From assembly GCF_044647545.1 (NCBI RefSeq), contig NZ_CP172818.1: a stretch of 64,000 nt of DNA. The stretch is one strand, 5' to 3'. The notes beneath the pieces are model-generated. The model had not been told where the DNA came from. It made no database searches and saw only the letters and a list, made by a program, of their open reading frames with translations. Below, piece by piece: positions 57,697-64,000 of the stretch. Position numbers and translations under genes: made by a program. This DNA comes from Escherichia coli. Its GTDB lineage: Bacteria > Pseudomonadota > Gammaproteobacteria > Enterobacterales > Enterobacteriaceae. Numbering within the stretch: position 1 is the stretch's first letter; each line of letters begins with the position of its first letter.

Positions 57697-58899
57697 GTGA
57701 CGGCGTTAAAAGTAGGAAGTGAGAGCTGGTGGCAGTCGAAACATGGCCCGGAATGGCAGCGTCTGAATGACGAAATGTTTGAGGTCACTTTCTGGTGGCG
57801 TGATCCCCAAGGTTCTGAAGAATACTCGACGATAAAGCGCGTATGGGTCTACATCACTGGTGTGACCGATCACCATCAGAACAGCCAGCCCCAGTCGATG
57901 CAGCGAATTGCAGGCACCAACGTCTGGCAGTGGACGACACAGCTCAATGCCAACTGGCGCGGCAGCTACTGCTTTATTCCCACCGAACGCGATGACATTT
58001 TTTCTGCACCATCCCCCGATCGCCTCGAATTACGTGAAGGCTGGCGAAAACTATTACCCCAGGCGATAGCCGATCCGCTGAATCCACAAAGCTGGAAAGG
58101 CGGGCGAGGGCACGCTGTTTCTGCACTCGAAATGCCGCAAGCGCCTCTGCAACCGGGATGGGATTGTCCGCAAGCGCCAGAAACGCCTGCCAAAGAAATT
58201 ATCTGGAAAAGTGAACGGTTGAAAAATTCACGCCGTGTATGGATTTTTATCACCGGCGATGCAACAGCAGAAGAACGCCCGCTGGCAGTTTTGCTTGATG
58301 GTGAATTTTGGGCGCAGAGTATGCCCGTCTGGCCTGCGCTAACTTCGCTGACCCATCGTCGGCAACTTCCTCCCGCCGTGTATGTGTTGATCGATGCTAT
58401 CGACACCACGCACCGCGCCCACGAACTGCCGTGTAATGCGGATTTCTGGCTGGCAGTACAGCAAGAGTTATTACCCCTGGTGAAAGCTATTGCCTCTTTT
58501 AGCGATCGCGCCGATCGCACCGTGGTCGCCGGGCAGAGTTTTGGTGGGCTTTCCGCGCTGTATGCCGGACTGCACTGGCCTGAACGCTTTGGCTGTGTAT
58601 TAAGCCAGTCAGGATCGTACTGGTGGCCGCATCGGGGCGGGCAGCAAGAAGGTGCTTTACTTGAGCAACTTAAAGCTGGTCAAGTTAGCGCCGAAGGTCT
58701 GCGCATTGTGCTGGAAGCGGGTATTCGCGAGCCGATGATCATGCAGGCCAATCAGGCGCTGTATGCGCAATTACACCCCATAAAAGAATCCATTTTCTGG
58801 CGTCAGGTTGACGGCGGACATGATGCGCTTTGTTGGCGCGGTGGCTTGATGCAGGGGCTAATCGACCTCTGGCAACCACTTTTCCATGACAGGAGTTGA
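57697..58899 (+). CDS. fes: enterobactin esterase Fes
   Basis: 400-aa ORF from an apparent GTG start; a shorter form from an internal start is possible. Confidence 0.85.
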   Translation: MTALKVGSESWWQSKHGPEWQRLNDEMFEVTFWWRDPQGSEEYSTIKRVWVYITGVTDHHQNSQPQSMQRIAGTNVWQWTTQLNANWRGSYCFIPTERDDIFSAPSPDRLELREGWRKLLPQAIADPLNPQSWKGGRGHAVSALEMPQAPLQPGWDCPQAPETPAKEIIWKSERLKNSRRVWIFITGDATAEERPLAVLLDGEFWAQSMPVWPALTSLTHRRQLPPAVYVLIDAIDTTHRAHELPCNADFWLAVQQELLPLVKAIASFSDRADRTVVAGQSFGGLSALYAGLHWPERFGCVLSQSGSYWWPHRGGQQEGALLEQLKAGQVSAEGLRIVLEAGIREPMIMQANQALYAQLHPIKESIFWRQVDGGHDALCWRGGLMQGLIDLWQPLFHDRS

Positions 58900-58901
58900 A
58901 T

Positions 58902-59120
58902 ATGGCATTCAGTAATCCCTTCGATGATCCACAGGGAGCGTTTTACATTTTGCGCAATGCGCAGGGGCAATTCAGTCTGTGGCCGCAACAATGCCTCTTA
59001 CCGGCAGGCTGGGACATTGTGTGTCAGCCGCAGTCACAAGAGTCCTGCCAGCAGTGGCTGGAAGTCCACTGGCGTACTCTGACACCGGCGAATTTCACCC
59101 AGTTGCAGGAGGCACAATGA
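58902..59120 (+). CDS. ybdZ: MbtH-like protein YbdZ
   Basis: 72 aa from MAFSNPFDDPQGAFYILRNAQGQFSLWP; overlaps entF start. Confidence 0.85.
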   Translation: MAFSNPFDDPQGAFYILRNAQGQFSLWPQQCLLPAGWDIVCQPQSQESCQQWLEVHWRTLTPANFTQLQEAQ

Positions 59121-62100
59121 GCCAGCATTTACCTTTGGTCGCCGCACAGCCCGGCATCTGGATGGCAGAAAAACTGTCGGATTTACCCTCCGCCTGGAGC
59201 GTGGCGCATTACGTTGAGTTAACCGGAGAGGTTGATGCGCCATTACTGGCCCGCGCGGTGGTTGCCGGATTAGCGCAAGCAGATACGCTGCGGATGCGTT
59301 TTACGGAAGATAACGGCGAAGTCTGGCAATGGGTCGATGATGCGCTGACGTTCGAACTGCCAGAAATTATCGACCTGCGAACCAACATTGATCCGCACGG
59401 TACTGCGCAGGCATTAATGCAGGCGGATTTGCAACAAGATCTGCGCGTCGATAGCGGTAAACCACTGGTCTTTCATCAGTTGATACAGGTGGCGGATAAC
59501 CGCTGGTACTGGTATCAGCGTTATCACCATTTGCTGGTCGATGGGTTTAGTTTCCCGGCCATTACCCGCCAGATCGCCAACATTTACTGCGCATGGCTGC
59601 GTGGCGAACCTACGCCTGCTTCGCCGTTTACGCCTTTCGCTGATGTAGTGGAAGAGTACCAGCAATACCGCGAAAGCGAAGCCTGGCAGCGTGATGCGGC
59701 ATTCTGGGCGGAACAGCGTCGTCAATTGCCGCCGCCCGCGTCACTTTCTCCGGCACCTTTACCGGGGCGCAGCGCCTCGGCAGATATTCTGCGCCTGAAA
59801 CTGGAATTTACCGACGGGGAATTCCGCCAGTTGGCTACGCAACTTTCAGGTGTGCAGCGTACCGATTTAGCCCTTGCGTTGGCAGCCTTGTGGCTGGGGC
59901 GATTGTGCAACCGCATGGACTACGCTGCCGGATTTATCTTTATGCGTCGACTGGGCTCGGCGGCGCTGACGGCTACCGGACCCGTGCTCAACGTTTTGCC
60001 GTTGGGTATTCATATTGCGGCGCAAGAAACGCTGCCGGAACTGGCAACCCGACTGGCGGCTCAACTGAAAAAAATGCGTCGCCATCAACGTTACGATGCC
60101 GAACAAATTGTCCGTGACAGCGGGCGAGCGGCAGGTGATGAACCGCTGTTTGGTCCGGTACTCAATATCAAGGTATTTGATTACCAACTGGATATTCCTG
60201 ATGTTCAGGCGCAAACCCATACCCTGGCTACCGGTCCGGTTAATGACCTTGAGCTGGCCCTGTTCCCGGATGAACACGGTGATTTGAGTATTGAGATCCT
60301 CGCCAATAAACAGCGTTACGATGAGCCAACGTTAATTCAACACGCTGAACGCCTGAAAATGCTGATTGCCCAGTTCGCCGCGGATCCGGCGCTGTTGTGC
60401 GGCGATGTCGATATTATGCTGCCAGGTGAATATGCGCAGCTGGCGCAGATCAACGCCACTCAGGTTGAGATTCCAGAAACCACGCTGAGCGCGCTGGTGG
60501 CAGAACAAGCGGCAAAAACACCGGATGCTCCGGCGCTGGTTGATGCGCGTTACCAGTTCAGCTATCGGGAAATGCGCGAACAGGTGGTGGCGCTGGCGAA
60601 TCTGCTGCGTGAGCGCGGCGTTAAACCAGGCGACAGCGTGGCGGTGGCATTACCGCGCTCGGTCTTTTTGACCCTGGCGCTACATGCGATTGTTGAAGCT
60701 GGTGCGGCCTGGCTACCTCTGGATACCGGCTATCCGGACGATCGCCTGAAAATGATGCTGGAAGATGCGCGTCCATCGCTGTTAATCACCACCGACGATC
60801 AACTGCCGCGCTTTGCCGATGTTCCAGATTTAACCCGCCTTTGCTATAACGCCCCGCTTATACCACAGGGCAGTGCGCCGCTGCAGCTTTCACAACCGCA
60901 CCACACGGCTTATATCATCTTCACCTCCGGTTCCACCGGCAGGCCGAAAGGGGTAATGGTCGGGCAGACGGCTATCGTTAACCGCCTGCTCTGGATGCAA
61001 AACCACTACCCGCTTACAGGCGAAGATGTCGTTGCCCAAAAAACGCCGTGCAGTTTTGATGTCTCGGTGTGGGAGTTTTTCTGGCCGTTTATTGCCGGGG
61101 CTAAACTGGTGATGGCTGAACCGGAAGCGCACCGCGACCCGCTCGCTATGCAGCAATTCTTTGCCGAATATGGTGTAACAACCACGCACTTTGTGCCGTC
61201 GATGCTGGCGGCATTTGTTGCATCGATGACGCCGCAAACCGCTCGTCAGAGTTGCGCGACGTTGAAACAGGTTTTCTGTAGTGGTGAGGCCTTACCGGCT
61301 GATTTATGCCGCGAATGGCAACAGTTAACCGGCGCGCCGTTGCATAATCTGTATGGCCCGACGGAAGCAGCGGTAGATGTCAGCTGGTATCCGGCCTTTG
61401 GCGAGGAACTGGCACAGGTACGCGGCAGCAGTGTGCCGATTGGTTATCCGGTGTGGAATACGGGCCTGCGCATTCTCGATGCGATGATGCATCCGGTGCC
61501 GCCGGGTGTGGCGGGAGATCTCTATCTCACCGGTATTCAACTGGCGCAGGGGTATCTTGGACGACCCGATCTGACAGCCAGCCGCTTTATTGCCGATCCT
61601 TTTGCGCCAGGTGAACGCATGTACCGTACCGGAGATGTTGCCCGCTGGCTGGATAACGGCGCGGTGGAGTATCTCGGGCGTAGTGATGATCAGCTAAAAA
61701 TTCGCGGGCAGCGTATCGAACTGGGCGAAATTGATCGCGTGATGCAGGCGCTGCCGGATGTCGAACAAGCCGTTACCCACGCCTGTGTGATTAACCAGGC
61801 GGCAGCCACTGGTGGTGATGCGCGTCAGTTGGTGGGCTATCTGGTGTCGCAATCAGGTCTGCCGTTGGATACCAGCGCATTACAGGCGCAGCTTCGTGAA
61901 ACATTGCCACCACATATGGTACCGGTGGTTCTGCTGCAACTTCCACAGTTACCACTTAGCGCCAACGGCAAGCTGGATCGCAAAGCCTTACCGTTGCCTG
62001 AACTGAAGGCACAAGCGCCGGGGCGTGCGCCGAAAGCGGGCAGTGAAACGATTATCGCCGCGGCATTCTCGTCGTTGCTGGGTTGTGACGTGCAGGATGC

Positions 62101-62998
62101 CGATGCTGATTTCTTTGCGCTTGGCGGTCATTCGCTACTGGCAATGAAACTGGCAGCGCAGTTAAGTCGGCAGTTTGCCCGTCAGGTGACGCCGGGTCAG
62201 GTGATGGTCGCGTCAACCGTCGCCAAACTGGCAACGATTATTGATGGTGAAGAAGACAGCACCCAGCGCATGGGATTCGAAACCATTCTGCCGTTGCGTG
62301 AAGGTAATGGTCCGACGCTGTTTTGTTTCCATCCGGCATCCGGTTTTGCCTGGCAGTTTAGCGTGCTCTCGCGTTATCTCGATCCACAATGGTCGATTAT
62401 TGGCATCCAGTCGCCACGCCCTCATGGCCCCATGCAGACGGCGGCAAACCTGGATGAAGTCTGCGAAGCGCATCTGGCAACGTTACTTGAGCATCAACCG
62501 CACGGCCCTTATTACCTGCTGGGTTATTCGCTGGGCGGTACGCTGGCGCAGGGTATTGCGGCGCGGCTGCGTGCCCGTGGCGAACAGGTGGCATTTCTTG
62601 GCTTGCTGGATACCTGGCCGCCAGAAACGCAAAACTGGCAGGAAAAAGAGGCTAATGGCCTGGACCCGGAAGTGCTGGCGGAGATTAACCGCGAGCGCGA
62701 GGCCTTCCTGGCGGCACAGCAGGGAAGTACTTCAACGGAGTTGTTTACCACCATTGAAGGCAACTACGCTGATGCTGTGCGCCTGCTGACGACTGCTCAT
62801 AGCGTACCGTTTGAAGGTAAAGCGACGCTGTTTGTTGCTGAACGCACGCTTCAGGAAGGTATGAATCCCGAACGCGCCTGGTCGCCGTGGATTACGGAGC
62901 TGGATATCTATCGTCAGGATTGTGCGCATGTGGATATTATCTCGCCGATGGCGTTTGAAAAAATAGGGCCGATTATTCGTGCGACGCTAAATAAGTAA
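59117..62998 (+). CDS. entF: enterobactin non-ribosomal peptide synthetase EntF (C-A-PCP-TE)
   Basis: 1293 aa from MSQHLPLVAAQPGIWMAEKLS; adenylation motifs (FTSGSTGRPKG), PCP Ser motif (LGGHSLLAMKL), thioesterase GYSLGG. Confidence 0.93.
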   Translation: MSQHLPLVAAQPGIWMAEKLSDLPSAWSVAHYVELTGEVDAPLLARAVVAGLAQADTLRMRFTEDNGEVWQWVDDALTFELPEIIDLRTNIDPHGTAQALMQADLQQDLRVDSGKPLVFHQLIQVADNRWYWYQRYHHLLVDGFSFPAITRQIANIYCAWLRGEPTPASPFTPFADVVEEYQQYRESEAWQRDAAFWAEQRRQLPPPASLSPAPLPGRSASADILRLKLEFTDGEFRQLATQLSGVQRTDLALALAALWLGRLCNRMDYAAGFIFMRRLGSAALTATGPVLNVLPLGIHIAAQETLPELATRLAAQLKKMRRHQRYDAEQIVRDSGRAAGDEPLFGPVLNIKVFDYQLDIPDVQAQTHTLATGPVNDLELALFPDEHGDLSIEILANKQRYDEPTLIQHAERLKMLIAQFAADPALLCGDVDIMLPGEYAQLAQINATQVEIPETTLSALVAEQAAKTPDAPALVDARYQFSYREMREQVVALANLLRERGVKPGDSVAVALPRSVFLTLALHAIVEAGAAWLPLDTGYPDDRLKMMLEDARPSLLITTDDQLPRFADVPDLTRLCYNAPLIPQGSAPLQLSQPHHTAYIIFTSGSTGRPKGVMVGQTAIVNRLLWMQNHYPLTGEDVVAQKTPCSFDVSVWEFFWPFIAGAKLVMAEPEAHRDPLAMQQFFAEYGVTTTHFVPSMLAAFVASMTPQTARQSCATLKQVFCSGEALPADLCREWQQLTGAPLHNLYGPTEAAVDVSWYPAFGEELAQVRGSSVPIGYPVWNTGLRILDAMMHPVPPGVAGDLYLTGIQLAQGYLGRPDLTASRFIADPFAPGERMYRTGDVARWLDNGAVEYLGRSDDQLKIRGQRIELGEIDRVMQALPDVEQAVTHACVINQAAATGGDARQLVGYLVSQSGLPLDTSALQAQLRETLPPHMVPVVLLQLPQLPLSANGKLDRKALPLPELKAQAPGRAPKAGSETIIAAAFSSLLGCDVQDADADFFALGGHSLLAMKLAAQLSRQFARQVTPGQVMVASTVAKLATIIDGEEDSTQRMGFETILPLREGNGPTLFCFHPASGFAWQFSVLSRYLDPQWSIIGIQSPRPHGPMQTAANLDEVCEAHLATLLEHQPHGPYYLLGYSLGGTLAQGIAARLRARGEQVAFLGLLDTWPPETQNWQEKEANGLDPEVLAEINREREAFLAAQQGSTSTELFTTIEGNYADAVRLLTTAHSVPFEGKATLFVAERTLQEGMNPERAWSPWITELDIYRQDCAHVDIISPMAFEKIGPIIRATLNK

Positions 62999-63212
62999 AT
63001 TTATATTATCTATAAACCCATAATTACAATAAATGATTATGGGTTTATTATTTATTTAATTTATCAATTTAACGGATATTTCTCTGAAATAGAGTGAATG
63101 TTGCATTCAGTGGGAGGAATTTACAAACTTCAGCTTCGGATAAATCTCACCAACTGGTAAAGTGGGGGCCGTGGAGATTTACTCTTATTGGACCCATTTC
63201 AGGTTATACCGC

Positions 63213-64000
63213 ATGTCATCACTGAATATTAAACAGGGAAGTGACGCTCATTTTCCCGAGTATCCTCTGGCGTCGCCCAGTAATAATGAAATTGATTTAC
63301 TTAATCTAATCGACGTTTTATGGCGGGCAAAAAAAACGGTCATGGCGGTCGTTTTTGCGTTTGCCTGCACAGGATTGCTGATCTCTTTCATCCTGCCGCA
63401 AAAATGGACCAGCGCGGCGGTTGTCACGCCTCCAGAACCTGTTCAGTGGCAAGAACTGGAGAAAACATTCACTAAGCTTCGTGTGCTGGATCTGGATATC
63501 AAAATTGATCGTACAGAAGTATTTAACCTGTTTATCAAGAAGTTTCAGTCTGTTAGCTTACTAGAAGAGTACCTGCGCTCATCACCTTATGTGATGGACC
63601 AATTAAAAGAGGCGAAAATCGACGAACTGGATTTGCATCGAGCTATCGTCGCATTGAGCGAAAAAATGAAAGCGGTTGATGACAATGCCAGTAAGAAAAA
63701 AGATGAACCGTCACTGTATACCTCCTGGACGCTAAGTTTTACCGCGCCAACCAGTGAAGAGGCGCAGACCGTTTTGAGCGGGTATATCGATTATATCTCT
63801 GCGTTGGTGGTGAAAGAGTCGATAGAAAACGTCCGTAATAAACTGGAGATCAAAACCCAGTTTGAAAAAGAAAAACTGGCTCAGGATCGCATTAAAACGA
63901 AAAATCAACTTGATGCAAACATTCAGCGCCTCAATTATTCACTCGACATTGCCAACGCGGCAGGAATTAAAAAGCCCGTTTACAGTAATGGTCAGGCCGT
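63213..64000 (+). CDS. fepE: ferric enterobactin transport / LPS O-antigen chain-length regulator FepE, 5' part only (continues beyond window)
   Basis: ORF from MSSLNIKQGSDAHFPEYPLASP... runs to the window edge. Confidence 0.75.
   Translation, partial: MSSLNIKQGSDAHFPEYPLASPSNNEIDLLNLIDVLWRAKKTVMAVVFAFACTGLLISFILPQKWTSAAVVTPPEPVQWQELEKTFTKLRVLDLDIKIDRTEVFNLFIKKFQSVSLLEEYLRSSPYVMDQLKEAKIDELDLHRAIVALSEKMKAVDDNASKKKDEPSLYTSWTLSFTAPTSEEAQTVLSGYIDYISALVVKESIENVRNKLEIKTQFEKEKLAQDRIKTKNQLDANIQRLNYSLDIANAAGIKKPVYSNGQA

Overview
This window reads as an Escherichia coli K-12-like chromosomal segment; I see no clearly novel system in it, and gene names are assigned from recognised protein sequences and gene order, not from any search. 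Layout: (1) core genes lpxH-ppiB (minus), cysS (plus), ybcI-ybcJ-folD (minus); (2) the sfmACDHF chaperone-usher fimbrial operon with the regulator fimZ; (3) tRNA-Arg argU at 11598..11674, immediately followed by a roughly 20.9 kb DLP12-type cryptic lambdoid prophage (about 11675..32551) bounded by a 45-bp copy of the argU 3' end; (4) core genes envY, ybcH, nfrAB, cusRS/cusCFBA, pheP, ybdG, nfsB, ybdFJK, a hok-type toxin locus, and the enterobactin cluster entD-fepA / fes-ybdZ-entF with the start of fepE. The prophage carries an IS3 inside ren, an IS5 truncating the porin gene nmpC, an emrE-ybcK-ybcL-ybcM cargo block, a lambda-type cos site with intact nohD, and ompT/appY near its right end. 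The observations most worth a second look are: single-base frame breaks in ybcL (two) and nmpC; an unusual Rz/Rz1 spanin frame arrangement; no bor-like gene where lambdoid phages normally have one; a 13-bp perfect inverted repeat pair next to the serine recombinase gene ybcK; and a hokE-entD interval too short to hold the IS186 copy I recall in MG1655. No CRISPR array or rRNA was seen.
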